Source: Gemmatimonas sp. (GTDB lineage Bacteria; Gemmatimonadota; Gemmatimonadetes; Gemmatimonadales; Gemmatimonadaceae). From it: 64,000 nucleotides of DNA. The translations under genes were made by a program, and so were the position numbers. The DNA lies in the NCBI GenBank assembly GCA_965279375.1, contig OZ257156.1, forward strand, positions 4,032,001 through 4,096,000. The letters are read 5' to 3'. The notes beneath the pieces are model-generated. The model was not told where the DNA came from. It ran no database searches and saw only the letters and a list, made by a program, of their open reading frames with translations. Below are positions 1-9,986 of the stretch, piece after piece (the stretch's first letter is position 1; each line of letters opens with the position of its first letter).

Positions 1-1311
1 ATACGCGAGGCTGGTGATGATGGTGTTCACACAGACCGACTTACCGGAGCCCGTCGCGCCCGCGATCAGCAGATGCGGCATCTTGGCCAGATCTGCGACG
101 ACCGCGCGCCCCTCGAGATCCTTGCCGAGCGCAATCGGCAGCGCAGCGCGCGCCTGCTGGAAGTCGCGCGACTCGAGCACTTCGCGCAGCACCACCATCT
201 CGGGCGACGGATTGGGTACCTCGACACCAACGGCTCCACGACCCGGAATCGGAGCGACAATCCGAATGCTCGGCGCGCGCATCGCCAGCGCGAGATCGTC
301 TGCAAGCGTCGCGATCTGCCGCACCTTCACACCCGCCGCGGGCTCGATCTCGAACTGCGTCACGCTGGGCCCGGTGGTGCGACCCACCAACTCTCCTTCG
401 ACTTTGAACGTGCGCAGCGTGGCCATCAGCTTCTCGCCGGCCAGATCCAATTCGCGGCGCCCGACGTCAGGATTTCGTGCGGGCGCGGGTGTGAGCAGGT
501 CCGTTGGCGGCAGCTCGTCGCTCATCGGCTCACCTTCGCCCGCCACTCCATCCAGCGCGAACTCGGGCGCGACATCGCGCGCCACCGGCGGTGTCTTCCT
601 CGACTTCTTGTCGGCAGTTGCGCGAGCTGTCTCTGTCACGACAGCGGGCGTCGAGCGCTCCTGGAGCAGGTCGCGTGCGAGGGTCGGATCGATCGCCGGC
701 ATGTCCTCCGGCGGCGGCGCGAGGCGCTCCGCCAGCGTTGCCGCGACGATCTTGTTCGGGGCAGTCACGCGTGCTGGGGCGTCGTCCGGCGCGGCGCTCC
801 GCGCGCTCGGCCCAACCAGCATCCGAATCGGATTCCAGCGCAGCGTGAAGACCGTCAGGGCGCTCGTGGCCAGCACGAAGGCGATCCATGCTCCGGCGGC
901 GCCCAGTCCTTTGCGCAGGTAGTGGGCCGCGAAGCTTCCCCACAGGCCCGTCGCATCCGTGGCCTCAGGCGCCCCGCCCATGGCGAGGCCAATGGCGACC
1001 GGAACCAACACGACGACGCCAGCGACCAACACGCCCCACTCACGTAGGTCGTCGTCCTCACGCCGAAGCCGCCCAAACAGCGTCAGGGACGCCGCCAGAC
1101 AGCCAAGCGCGACCAGTGCGGCCCCTGGCATTCCCAGCACCGACACGAGCCCGCAGCGCGCCCAGGTGCCGGCCGGACCAAAGGCACCCGTGGCATCGAG
1201 ACAGCTCCCACTTTCAGGCACTCGCTGGAAAATCAGCGCCCCCGACAGAAACACGGCCAGCAGAATCAGGCCGATCGCGGCCAGCTCCTTCCGCAGCACG
1301 CGTGCGTCCAT
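1..1311 (-). CDS. ftsK: DNA translocase FtsK (N-terminal part; runs off window edge)
   Basis: Not in ORF track (no stop in window). Manual translation from ATG 1311: MDARVLRKELAAIGLILLAVF with several TM segments, a linker, then GPSVTQFEIEPAAGVKV...RIVAPIPGRGAVGVEVPN...DLAKMPHLLIAGATGSGKSVCVN (FtsK alpha domain and Walker A). Confidence 0.95.
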   Translation of the reverse strand, partial: MDARVLRKELAAIGLILLAVFLSGALIFQRVPESGSCLDATGAFGPAGTWARCGLVSVLGMPGAALVALGCLAASLTLFGRLRREDDDLREWGVLVAGVVVLVPVAIGLAMGGAPEATDATGLWGSFAAHYLRKGLGAAGAWIAFVLATSALTVFTLRWNPIRMLVGPSARSAAPDDAPARVTAPNKIVAATLAERLAPPPEDMPAIDPTLARDLLQERSTPAVVTETARATADKKSRKTPPVARDVAPEFALDGVAGEGEPMSDELPPTDLLTPAPARNPDVGRRELDLAGEKLMATLRTFKVEGELVGRTTGPSVTQFEIEPAAGVKVRQIATLADDLALAMRAPSIRIVAPIPGRGAVGVEVPNPSPEMVVLREVLESRDFQQARAALPIALGKDLEGRAVVADLAKMPHLLIAGATGSGKSVCVNTIITSLAY

Positions 1312-1314
1312 GGG

Positions 1315-2070
1315 TTAGTTCGCCTCAGCGGTGGCTGGACGCAGCGCGCCGTCGATGCACTCCACCGCCAGCGGAATACTGTCCGGCGCGAAACACACGG
1401 CCACGTCCGCCGCGAATCCAGCCTGCGACAGTGTGTGCGCGTGCACCGCGTCGTCTGCAAGCTGAGCGAGAGAGGCGATGTACGGTCGCTCCGCGTAGCG
1501 CGCCACCGTGGCGCTGTCCGTGCGAATCGCTTCAGGAAACCGATCCGAGAGCAATCGCACGAGACGACCCGCGCACACCACGTCTTCGAGCGCTACCCGT
1601 CGATCGGTGCCGGAACACACAACCAGCACGCCGTTCAGCTTCGCGTCGCGCTCGCTGCGCCGCGCGACGGCGTCGACGGTGGCTCCTGCATTCACGAAAG
1701 CCGCGAGAAAGGTCGCGCGTGCAGCGTGCATCTCGGCGAGGGCCGCCGTGCCATTCGTCGTGGTGAACAGAATCGTGCGTCCCTCCACGGCCTGCGTCGA
1801 ATACTCGAGAGGAGAATTGCCCAGATCGAATCCGGGAATCCGAACCATCGCGCGCTCGCCGGCGGTGAGTACCGATCCGGCATCGGCAGCCAGCGCACGC
1901 GCCTGCATCGTTTCCTCCACGCTGCCGAATGGTCGCACCGCAGCCGCGCCATTCGCCAACGCGCGCGCGACCGTCGTGGCCGCGCGCAACACATCGATCA
2001 CGATCACGAGCCGATCGGCCACGTCGGCGGGCGCGCGGAGCGCCTCGCCGAGCAGCACGTCGATCCGCAC
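1315..2070 (-). CDS. comB: 2-phosphosulfolactate phosphatase family protein (ComB-like)
   Basis: IVIDVLRAATT, GER, GFDLGNSP, TTTNGT, LEDVVCAG motifs; GTG start overlaps accC stop (TAGTG). Confidence 0.88.
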   Translation of the reverse strand: MRIDVLLGEALRAPADVADRLVIVIDVLRAATTVARALANGAAAVRPFGSVEETMQARALAADAGSVLTAGERAMVRIPGFDLGNSPLEYSTQAVEGRTILFTTTNGTAALAEMHAARATFLAAFVNAGATVDAVARRSERDAKLNGVLVVCSGTDRRVALEDVVCAGRLVRLLSDRFPEAIRTDSATVARYAERPYIASLAQLADDAVHAHTLSQAGFAADVAVCFAPDSIPLAVECIDGALRPATAEAN

Positions 2071-3428
2071 TATACGGGATCCTTGAGGAGTTCTGCCCCC
2101 TCAGCTTCGAGGAACTTCGTGTGCACGCGGCCGGCCTGGAAACCGGGGTGCTGCATCACACGCGCGAGAAACGGAATGGTCGTCTTCACGCCTTCGATGA
2201 CGAAACTCTCGAGCGCGATCTGCATACGCTTGAGCGCTTCCTGTCGATCCGCGCCCTGTACGATGAGCTTGGCGATGAGCGAATCGTAGAACGGCGGCAC
2301 GGTGTAGCCGGCGTAGGCGTGTGTGTCGATGCGCACGCCAGGACCGCCCGGCTGATGGAACGTGTCGATGCGACCCGGCGACGGCTGGAAGTTGCGCGAC
2401 GGATCTTCCGCGTTCACTCGGCACTCGATGACATGGCCGCGGAACGGCGGCAGCGACTTGACGCGCAGTTCCTCACCGGCCGCCACCCGAATCTGCTCCT
2501 TCACGAGATCGACGCCCGTGAGCATTTCCGTCACCGGATGCTCCACCTGAATGCGGGTGTTCATCTCCATGAAGTAAAACGAGCCGTCTTCGTCGAGCAG
2601 CATTTCGATCGTACCGGCGCCCACATAGTTGATCGCTTGCGCGCCACGCACGGCCGCTTCGCCCATGCGCTCGCGCAGCTCGGGTGTCATGACGGGGCAC
2701 GGCGCTTCTTCGATCAGCTTCTGGTGGCGACGCTGCACCGAGCAGTCGCGCTCGCCGAGATGGATGACGTTGCCGTGGCGATCGCCGAGGATCTGGAATT
2801 CGACGTGGCGCGGACGCTCGAGAAACTTCTCGACGTACACGTCGCCGTTGCCGAAGGCAGACAACGCTTCAGAGCGCGCGAGCTGAAAGCTGCGTGCGAA
2901 ATCGTCCGGATCACGCGCGACGCGCATGCCCTTGCCACCACCACCGGCGGCGGCCTTGATGATGACCGGGAAGCCGATGTCGCGCGCGAACCCGAGCGCT
3001 TCTTCCACGTCTTCCACCGGACCGGGTGTGCCGGGCACGATCGGCACGCCGCATTCGGCCATCGCGCGACGGGCCGATGCCTTGTCACCCATGATGCGAA
3101 TCTGGTCGGGCGTCGGACCGATGAAGGTGATGCCCGAGGCGCGGCAGGTTTCGGCGAACTCCGCGTTCTCCGCGAGGAAGCCGTAGCCGGGGTGGATGGC
3201 ATCGGCGCCGGTGATTTCGGCGGCGGCGATCAGGCGCGGAATCTTGAGATACGATTCGCGACCCGACGCGGGGCCAATGCACACGTCGTCGTCGGCGAAG
3301 CGCACGTGCAGCGATTCGCGGTCAGCCTCGGAGTACACGGCGACCGTCTGGATATCGAGTTCGCGGCAGGCTCTGATGACGCGCAGAGCAATCTCGCCGC
3401 GGTTCGCGATGAGGACCTTTTTGAACAT
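2070..3428 (-). CDS. accC: Acetyl-CoA carboxylase biotin carboxylase subunit
   Basis: [56 protein letters not shown]. Confidence 0.97.
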   Translation of the reverse strand: MFKKVLIANRGEIALRVIRACRELDIQTVAVYSEADRESLHVRFADDDVCIGPASGRESYLKIPRLIAAAEITGADAIHPGYGFLAENAEFAETCRASGITFIGPTPDQIRIMGDKASARRAMAECGVPIVPGTPGPVEDVEEALGFARDIGFPVIIKAAAGGGGKGMRVARDPDDFARSFQLARSEALSAFGNGDVYVEKFLERPRHVEFQILGDRHGNVIHLGERDCSVQRRHQKLIEEAPCPVMTPELRERMGEAAVRGAQAINYVGAGTIEMLLDEDGSFYFMEMNTRIQVEHPVTEMLTGVDLVKEQIRVAAGEELRVKSLPPFRGHVIECRVNAEDPSRNFQPSPGRIDTFHQPGGPGVRIDTHAYAGYTVPPFYDSLIAKLIVQGADRQEALKRMQIALESFVIEGVKTTIPFLARVMQHPGFQAGRVHTKFLEAEGAELLKDPV

Positions 3429-3569
3429 GTCGTTGGGCAGGGGGCCGGCATCGCGGACCGACGGCAATCACCGCCGGCCGCCGGGGTGAGCGTGCTACGC
3501 CCTCCCCCGTGTCGAGCCACGCCGAATGGTGGCGAGGTCCCCCGCCTGACGCTAGGTCAGGACGCTATC

Positions 3570-4736
3570 TCAGGAGCGATTGCTGCCCTGCTTGAAGCCA
3601 TCCCAGCTGGCATCGCTGGATCCATCGACGCCCTGCACCCGGAGCCCGAACTCGGCCGGATTGGTCGCGTAGAAGAGCGCGTTCTCGTACGAGATGACGC
3701 CGCGCGAATACCAATTCATGAGTGACTGGTCGAAGCTCTGCATGCCGTAAGCCACCGAGCCTTCCTTGATCAGGTCGGGGATGTTGAGCGCCGCAGAGAT
3801 GTCGCGGATCTGATCGGCGACGGCTTCGGTGTTAACCAAAACTTCGCAGGCCGGGACGCGCCCCGGTTCGTCCTTGCGCGGCACGAGACGCAGCGAGATC
3901 ACCGCCGAGAGCGCGTTGGCCAGCGCGAAACGCACCTCGTTCTGCTGGTGCGGCGGGTAGAACGACAGCATCCGATTGATCGTCAGCGTCGCATTCGTCG
4001 TGTGCAGCGTCGAGAAAACGAGATGACCCGTACCGGCAGCCTTGAGCGCCACATCGAGCGTTTCGAGGTCGCGGATTTCGCCGATCATGATGACATCGGG
4101 ATCCTGACGCAGCACACGGCGCAGCGCCTGCGCGAAGGCCGCCGTGTCGGTGCCCACTTCGCGCTGGTTGATGTGGCTCAGCGCATCGCGATGCACGAAC
4201 TCGATCGGATCTTCGATCGTGATGATGTTCGCGGCGCGGCGCTCGTTGATGTGGTGCACCATGGCGGCGAGCGCGGTGCTCTTGCCGGATCCGGTGACGC
4301 CCGTGACCAGCACGAGGCCACGAGGCTTGAGTGCGATGTTCTCGAGCACCGGCGGGAGATTCAGCTCGCGAATGGACGCGGCCGCGTGCGCGATCGCGCG
4401 CATGGCGAAGGCGACAGTGCCCTTCTGCTGATAGACATTGACGCGGAAACGGCCGATGCCCGGCACGTTGATCGCGAAGTCGGCCTCGCGCATTTCCACG
4501 AACTCACGCAGCTGCGCCGGTGGCAGCAGCTGCTCAGCGAGTGTGCGCAGCTCCTCGGGACGCATGGCCGGCATCGCGAGGGGAACGAGGTCTCCGTGGA
4601 GTCGCAGCGTCGGTGGACGGCCGACTTTGAGATGCAAGTCGGACGCGCCCTCCCGAACCATCCTTTGCAGCGCGGCCTTGAGATCCAGCCCTGCTGCAGG
4701 TGCCGCGCCGATTGGGGCGTCGGAGACCATCGTCAT
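3570..4736 (-). CDS. pilT: PilT/PilU-family type IV pilus retraction ATPase
   Basis: GASDLHL, RFRVN, Walker A GVTGSGKST, TIEDPIE, LRQDPDVIMIGEIRD, GHLVFSTLH, GMQSFDQSL; AIRNLIRE motif divergent, so PilU/PilT2 is possible. Confidence 0.88.
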   Translation of the reverse strand: MTMVSDAPIGAAPAAGLDLKAALQRMVREGASDLHLKVGRPPTLRLHGDLVPLAMPAMRPEELRTLAEQLLPPAQLREFVEMREADFAINVPGIGRFRVNVYQQKGTVAFAMRAIAHAAASIRELNLPPVLENIALKPRGLVLVTGVTGSGKSTALAAMVHHINERRAANIITIEDPIEFVHRDALSHINQREVGTDTAAFAQALRRVLRQDPDVIMIGEIRDLETLDVALKAAGTGHLVFSTLHTTNATLTINRMLSFYPPHQQNEVRFALANALSAVISLRLVPRKDEPGRVPACEVLVNTEAVADQIRDISAALNIPDLIKEGSVAYGMQSFDQSLMNWYSRGVISYENALFYATNPAEFGLRVQGVDGSSDASWDGFKQGSNRS

Positions 4737-4747
4737 GTCGTCATGTC

Positions 4748-5248
4748 TCAGCCGTTCGGATCCACCCGGTAGAGCACCTGCCCGAACTCGACGGGATGCG
4801 AGTCAGTCACGCCGACCTCACGCACCACGCCATCGTATTCGGACTCGAGCTCATTCATGATCTTCATCGCCTCGATGATGCAGACGATCTGCCCCTTGCT
4901 CACGCGATCGCCGACTGAGATGTACGGCTTCGCGCCAGGCTCCGGCGCAGAGTAAAACGTCCCCACCATCGGTGACTTGATCTCGAGAAGGCTCGCCTTC
5001 GGTGCCTCGGCCTTCGGCACCGCTACGACACCCTCTTCGGCAGGACGCGCCGCCGTGACATTCGGCAACACCGCCGGCGCCGCAACAGGCGCGGCCATCG
5101 GTGCGGCGACCGTCATCGCGGCCGCCCGCTGCTGCGGGCTCTTCGAGATCCGGAGCTTCATGCCCTTGTCAGACGAGATCTCGATGGAATCCACGGTCGA
5201 GCCGTCGAGCATCTCGATCAGCTTCTTCACGTAGCGCAGGTCAATCAT
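4748..5248 (-). CDS. accB: Biotin carboxyl carrier protein
   Basis: SPMVGTFY and IIEAMKIMNE biotinylation motif; Ala/Pro linker. Confidence 0.96.
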   Translation of the reverse strand: MIDLRYVKKLIEMLDGSTVDSIEISSDKGMKLRISKSPQQRAAAMTVAAPMAAPVAAPAVLPNVTAARPAEEGVVAVPKAEAPKASLLEIKSPMVGTFYSAPEPGAKPYISVGDRVSKGQIVCIIEAMKIMNELESEYDGVVREVGVTDSHPVEFGQVLYRVDPNG

Positions 5249-5354
5249 GGCGGGGGCGGTCGATGGAAACGAGGCAAGTTCGATCGCAGCCACGACAGGG
5301 CGCGCGCGAACCAGGTAGGCTCGGTCGGCCCTAGAGGGCGCCGACCGGTTGGCG

Positions 5355-6476
5355 TCAGACGATTTCGAGCAATTCGCGAGGGAAGTGCGTCAGGACTTTC
5401 GCGCCGTCATCCAACAACAGCACGTCATCCTCGATGCGCACGCCCCCCCATCCCGCCCGGTAGATCCCGGGCTCGATGGTCACGACGGCTCCCCTCGGGA
5501 GAGGAGCGTCGACGGTCTTGGCCAAGCGCGGCGCCTCGTGCACCTCGAGCCCAATGCCATGCCCGAGCGAGTGCCCAAACTCTTCGCCAAACCCGCGGGC
5601 GTGAATGTAGTCGCGTGCGAGCGCATCTGCAGCCATCCCCCGCATTCCAACCCGAATCGCACCCGAAGCGCGAGCATTTGCCTCGAGAACTACGTCGTAG
5701 ACCTCCCGTTGCTCGGCGCTCGCCGCCCCCAACACCACCGTTCGCGTGATGTCCGAGCAATAGCCGTCCGCAACTGCGCCGAAGTCGAGCAACACGAAAT
5801 CGCCTCGCTCGAGCACCCGCTCGCCCGCCCGTGCATGCGGCAGCGCCGATCGCGGACCGCTGGCCACGATGGAAGCGAACGGATATGCCTCGCTGCCGCG
5901 TTCACGCAGCTGCCGCTCGAGGAGCCCCGCCACCTGCGTCTCCGTCAGCCCCGGGCGCAGGAGCGGCAGCGTGTCATGCAGCGCCCCCTCGGCGATCGCA
6001 ATCGCGCGGTCGATGGCCTGCAGTTCCTCCGCGTCCTTAGTCGCGCGGAGCGTCTCGACCGCGTCCACCGTAGGGCGCCATTGCCAGCGCCCGCCCTGCT
6101 CCAGCAAGCGCTGGAAGTCACGGTGCAGCAGGTGCGCAGACTCGAAGCCGACCCGATCGACGCCCGTCATCGTGGGAAGCTGCGCCCAGAGTCCCGACCA
6201 GAGGTTGGATGGCTCGATGCGCACCGTCGTCGCGGACCCGACTTCCTCTTGCACCTGCGTCGCGTATCGGAAATCGGTCAACAGAATGCAATCGCGCGCC
6301 GTGACCACGACGAGCCCATTGCTCCCCGAGAAGCCGGTCAGGTATCGGATGTTGGGGAGACTCGCCACGAGCAGGGCGTCGAGGTCAGCCCGCCCCAGTG
6401 CTTCACGCAGCGCCAGCAGACGCGCGGGGAGCTGCGCCGGCGGCGGCGTCACTGCCTGTCGCTCACGCGCCCGCAC
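5355..6476 (-). CDS. Xaa-Pro aminopeptidase/dipeptidase (M24B)
   Basis: NIRYLTGFSGS, TDFRY, LDFGA..GYCSDITRT, HSLGHGIGLEVHEAP, TIEPGIY, GVRIEDD; start may be GTG 6452. Confidence 0.93.
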   Translation of the reverse strand: MRARERQAVTPPPAQLPARLLALREALGRADLDALLVASLPNIRYLTGFSGSNGLVVVTARDCILLTDFRYATQVQEEVGSATTVRIEPSNLWSGLWAQLPTMTGVDRVGFESAHLLHRDFQRLLEQGGRWQWRPTVDAVETLRATKDAEELQAIDRAIAIAEGALHDTLPLLRPGLTETQVAGLLERQLRERGSEAYPFASIVASGPRSALPHARAGERVLERGDFVLLDFGAVADGYCSDITRTVVLGAASAEQREVYDVVLEANARASGAIRVGMRGMAADALARDYIHARGFGEEFGHSLGHGIGLEVHEAPRLAKTVDAPLPRGAVVTIEPGIYRAGWGGVRIEDDVLLLDDGAKVLTHFPRELLEIV

Positions 6477-6490
6477 TCATGCGCACGCAC

Positions 6491-6931
6491 TCACGTGCGA
6501 GCGCGCAGGGCCGCGATCAAACCACGCAGACCGAACTCATAGCCATCCGCGCCCAACCCGCAGATCGTGCCGATCGCGGCGGAGGCCAGCATCGAATGAT
6601 GCCGCACGGCCTCGCGCGCATGGACGTTGCTTAGGTGCACCTCGACGAACGCGAGCGAAGTCGCCGTGAAGGCATCTCGCAGCGCGAGGCTCGTGTGCGT
6701 GTAGGCGCCGGCGTTGACGACCACGCCATCCACACTTCCACGCCAACTGTGCAGGATGTCGATCAATTGCCCTTCGCCATTGGCCTGCGCGCACACAACG
6801 GACGCACCAAGCTCCTCCGCAACTTCCCCCAGCCGGGCCTCGATCTGCGCGAGCGTAGTCGTGCCGTACACGGCAGGCTCGCGTACGCCGAGGAGGTTCA
6901 GGTTGGGGCCATTCAAGACACCGATTTTCAC
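6491..6931 (-). CDS. aroQ: Type II 3-dehydroquinate dehydratase
   Basis: LNGPNLNLLGVREPAVYG, NAGAYTHTS, EVHLSNVHARE. Confidence 0.97.
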   Translation of the reverse strand: MKIGVLNGPNLNLLGVREPAVYGTTTLAQIEARLGEVAEELGASVVCAQANGEGQLIDILHSWRGSVDGVVVNAGAYTHTSLALRDAFTATSLAFVEVHLSNVHAREAVRHHSMLASAAIGTICGLGADGYEFGLRGLIAALRART

Positions 6932-9639
6932 GTCGAGCCGAGTCCCTTGAGCCAGGCAGAAAACTGAGCGAGATCGTCGCTGACCGGAGCCGCGGGATCT
7001 TCCGTGGGCGTGGGTGCGGCACCGGGCGCCGGCTGCGACGCGGGATCCGGGAAGAAGCGGTCAAAGGAGAAGCCGGCATTTCCCGCCGCGGCGGCATCGA
7101 TGCTGGCGTTGTCTTTCAATGACACCAAGGCTGGCGCATCGAAAGTCTGCGGCGCTCCCTCGCTCGCGGCGATGTCCGGGATCGAGAAATCGAGCAGACC
7201 GTCCGACGCCTCGTCGGCTTCCGTAATGGGCGCAAACGCATCGGCGAGCGCGCGCGCCGCCGCGTCATCGTCGGATGACGCCACACGATCGCCAAAGAGC
7301 ACGGCAAGGCCGGTTCCCTGCTCCTCGATGGCGGGCGCTGCCTGGGCAGGAGTCCGACGAGGCACGCGCCGCGCCGCGAGGCGCGCAAAACGCTCGCGAG
7401 CGGTGATGACGGCGGCGCCTGCAGCCCCAGCGCCAAACGCCGGCGTGGCGTACACCGGCGTGGCATACGCGGGCGTCGAGTAGGCCGGCGTGGGGAACGC
7501 GGGCGTCGGGTACGCCGGGCTGCTGTAGGCCGGCGTCACGTAGCCAAACGACGTCTCGACCGGCGCAAAGCTCTCGAACGCTTCAGGTTCGTGCGTCGTC
7601 TCGTGGTCGGCCTCGTCGGTCTCGTCGATCTCGCCTTCCGTCGTCAATTCCGCGACAACTTCCTGCGGGGCTTCCACGCTCGGTACGGCCACGGCTTCGG
7701 CCACGGGCTCCGCTGCCTGCGCCTCCTCGATCAACTGCGCATTCAGCTCGGCGAGACGAGAGGTCAACACAGGGTCATACGGATGCCGGCGCACCAGCTC
7801 TTCGTAGACCGTCGCGGCGCGCGCGATGAAGCCCTGCGACACCAAGAGCTCGGCCATCGTCTCCGTGACGAAGGCGGGCGAGTCCGCGCTCGCCTCTTCG
7901 TCCTGCGTCGCCTCGTCGTCGTCGCTGGCCACGTCGGATTCATCCGCGTACGGCAGCGCGTCTTCCGCCAGCCAGATCGGTTCGTGCGACTCGGAGGGAA
8001 CGTCCGACGTCGACTCGTGAAGACCGGCAGGCAGCAGCTCCGACGCTTCTTCGTGCTCGTCGTGCACGAGGAAGACGGGCGAGTCGAGCGGCGTCGGCGC
8101 GGCAACGGGATCGAACGCCTCACCGAAGCTCGCCAGCGGGACCGATTCGATCAGCTCTTCGCTCGAGTCGATCGGCGAATCCAGCAAGTCGGCGAACGAC
8201 GCTTCGGGCGCGATCGCCGGTTCCAGTTCGACCGTTGAGACGACGACTTCATCCGACTCGCCAACCGTGCGCGCATCCTCGGAGAACGCCGAGGAAATCG
8301 CCTCCAGCTCGCGTGCCGATTCGGCGGCGTCATCGACGTCAGCCGGCGCGGCCAGCCAAGGAAGTTCAGTGTCGCTGGTGCCGGTCGCCTCGAGGCCGTC
8401 GTCCTGCGACTCGATGCCAAGGGCCGCCTGCTGGGCGTCCACCGTCGGTAGCTCGTCGGGCAGTTCGTCGGGCAGCTCGCTCGTCACGGCGTCGCTCTCA
8501 TCGGAAACATCTTCCAACGGGTGCGGCTCATGCGGCTCGCGTCCGAATGCAGCGACCGCTTCAGGCGTGATGTTGACCGCCACCGGCGTGACGGTGCGCG
8601 GCGTGGAGACTGAGGGCAACAACGACGACGGATCGGTCCATTCGGGCGCGATCAGCCCTTCTTCGAACGCGACTTCGTCGACGACTTCTTCTGCGGATTC
8701 GGCTGCGGGCGCGGAATCGGCGAACCAGGAGTCAGTCCGCGGCGCATCCGCAGACTTTGCAGCCAGCATTCCGAACTCGTCGTCCTGCAATGCGCTGCTC
8801 GGGTCGTTCGCGGCAAACGCACTCAGCGCATCATCCAACGAATTCAGCGCGGTTGGCGCAATGTCCATCGCCGAATCCACCAAGGGCTCCTCGGCAACAG
8901 CATGTGCGTGAGAGTCGTCGAAGGCGGCGTTGTGCTCGATGTCCGAAGGCTCGCGCGACTCGGGCGCTTCAGGCTGCGGCGCGGCCATCGGCGTCGCGGG
9001 CAGGCCGGATGCCTCGATGGCCTCGAGATCGAGCGGCGTGTAGCGCGACATGCGACGATTGACGACGTCGAAATCGACGGCGCGCAGCGCGGCATCCGGC
9101 GTGGGCACGGCACCGAGCCCGAGCGGCATCATCGGCGCGATCGGCGTGGGGACCACAGCACGCGTCTCGACGGGCACCGGCGCTGGCGCCGGCGGCGAGG
9201 AGAGAAACGCGGACGCGGCCACCCCCATCGCGGGCGTGAGGCCGGTGGAGAGGGTCGCGAGCTGCGCGGTGATCTCCTCGTTTCGCGGATCGGCGTCCAA
9301 GACGCGCTCATACCAACGGCGAGCCGCGCTGTTTTCACCCGCCGCCTTGGCGATGTCGCCCAGGTGCCGGAGCGCGATCAGGTTCTCGGGATCGAGCGCG
9401 AGCGCCTGCTCGAAGACCGTGCGTGCTTCAGGGAGCGCGCCCGACTCGTAGAGCGCCTGTCCGAAGACGATGTAGCCGCTCATGTGCCCGGGCTGCTTGG
9501 GCAGATGCTCCCGGCAGAGCGCAATGGCCTGCGTAAGATCGCCGGCCTTGCGCAGCTCGTTGGCGAGCGGTGCAAAGTATCGGCGCGGGTTCTCGTCGAA
9601 CTTTTTCCGCAGTTCGTCGATCCGGGCAGCAGTGCTCAT
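6928..9639 (-). CDS. Large TPR protein with long acidic low-complexity linker
   Basis: N-terminal TPRs (FAPLANELRKAGDLTQAIALC...ALDPENLIALRHLG), D/E/A/P-rich middle, internal TPR-like TETMAELLVSQG..RAATVYEEL, C-terminal helix DDLAQFSAWLKGL; no signal peptide. Confidence 0.85.
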   Translation of the reverse strand: MSTAARIDELRKKFDENPRRYFAPLANELRKAGDLTQAIALCREHLPKQPGHMSGYIVFGQALYESGALPEARTVFEQALALDPENLIALRHLGDIAKAAGENSAARRWYERVLDADPRNEEITAQLATLSTGLTPAMGVAASAFLSSPPAPAPVPVETRAVVPTPIAPMMPLGLGAVPTPDAALRAVDFDVVNRRMSRYTPLDLEAIEASGLPATPMAAPQPEAPESREPSDIEHNAAFDDSHAHAVAEEPLVDSAMDIAPTALNSLDDALSAFAANDPSSALQDDEFGMLAAKSADAPRTDSWFADSAPAAESAEEVVDEVAFEEGLIAPEWTDPSSLLPSVSTPRTVTPVAVNITPEAVAAFGREPHEPHPLEDVSDESDAVTSELPDELPDELPTVDAQQAALGIESQDDGLEATGTSDTELPWLAAPADVDDAAESARELEAISSAFSEDARTVGESDEVVVSTVELEPAIAPEASFADLLDSPIDSSEELIESVPLASFGEAFDPVAAPTPLDSPVFLVHDEHEEASELLPAGLHESTSDVPSESHEPIWLAEDALPYADESDVASDDDEATQDEEASADSPAFVTETMAELLVSQGFIARAATVYEELVRRHPYDPVLTSRLAELNAQLIEEAQAAEPVAEAVAVPSVEAPQEVVAELTTEGEIDETDEADHETTHEPEAFESFAPVETSFGYVTPAYSSPAYPTPAFPTPAYSTPAYATPVYATPAFGAGAAGAAVITARERFARLAARRVPRRTPAQAAPAIEEQGTGLAVLFGDRVASSDDDAAARALADAFAPITEADEASDGLLDFSIPDIAASEGAPQTFDAPALVSLKDNASIDAAAAGNAGFSFDRFFPDPASQPAPGAAPTPTEDPAAPVSDDLAQFSAWLKGLGST
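7435..7542 (-). repeat. Degenerate 15-bp coding tandem repeat encoding (Y/F)-x-(T/S)-P-A x7
   Basis: Translation YVTPA YSSPA YPTPA FPTPA YSTPA YATPV YATPA F. Confidence 0.9.
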
Positions 9640-9698
9640 ACGTCGAGAACCCTCGAGTGTGATCCCGTCGCGACGCGGGGCGTCCACCATGGCGCGCC

Positions 9699-9728
9699 AA
9701 GTTAGCCGCCGTCGCTCGGGGAAGTCAA
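9699..9728 (-). promoter_or_regulatory. Putative sigma70 promoter for TPR-aroQ-accB operon
   Basis: Minus strand TTGACT-N18-TAACTT about 60 bp upstream of ATG 9639. Confidence 0.55.
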
Positions 9729-9760
9729 TTGTGTAGCGGTTGCAGAAGTCGTGACGTCTC

Positions 9761-9790
9761 TTGCTTTTAGCGATTCGCGGCCGCTAGGTT
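9761..9790 (+). promoter_or_regulatory. Putative sigma70 promoter for ppiD-like gene (divergent)
   Basis: TTGCTT-N18-TAGGTT. Confidence 0.45.
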
Positions 9791-9986
9791 TCCCGGTTCG
9801 TTTCCCGGCGAAGCGAGCCATGCGATCCACGGTGGATCGAGTGCACTCGCCCCTCGCGCACCATGTGTGCGGACGGGATCTCGCCGGACCTCGGCTCGGC
9901 CACGCCCGCGGTGTGCATCCCGCAGACGTCGCGCGACCCGAGTTCTCACCCATCGTCTGTCCAACCGACCCAAGGAGTCCCGCCCC

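Noticed and set aside
14..1318. Plus-strand ORFs at the window start
   Set aside because: Antisense to ftsK, which the ORF track missed because it has no stop codon in the window.
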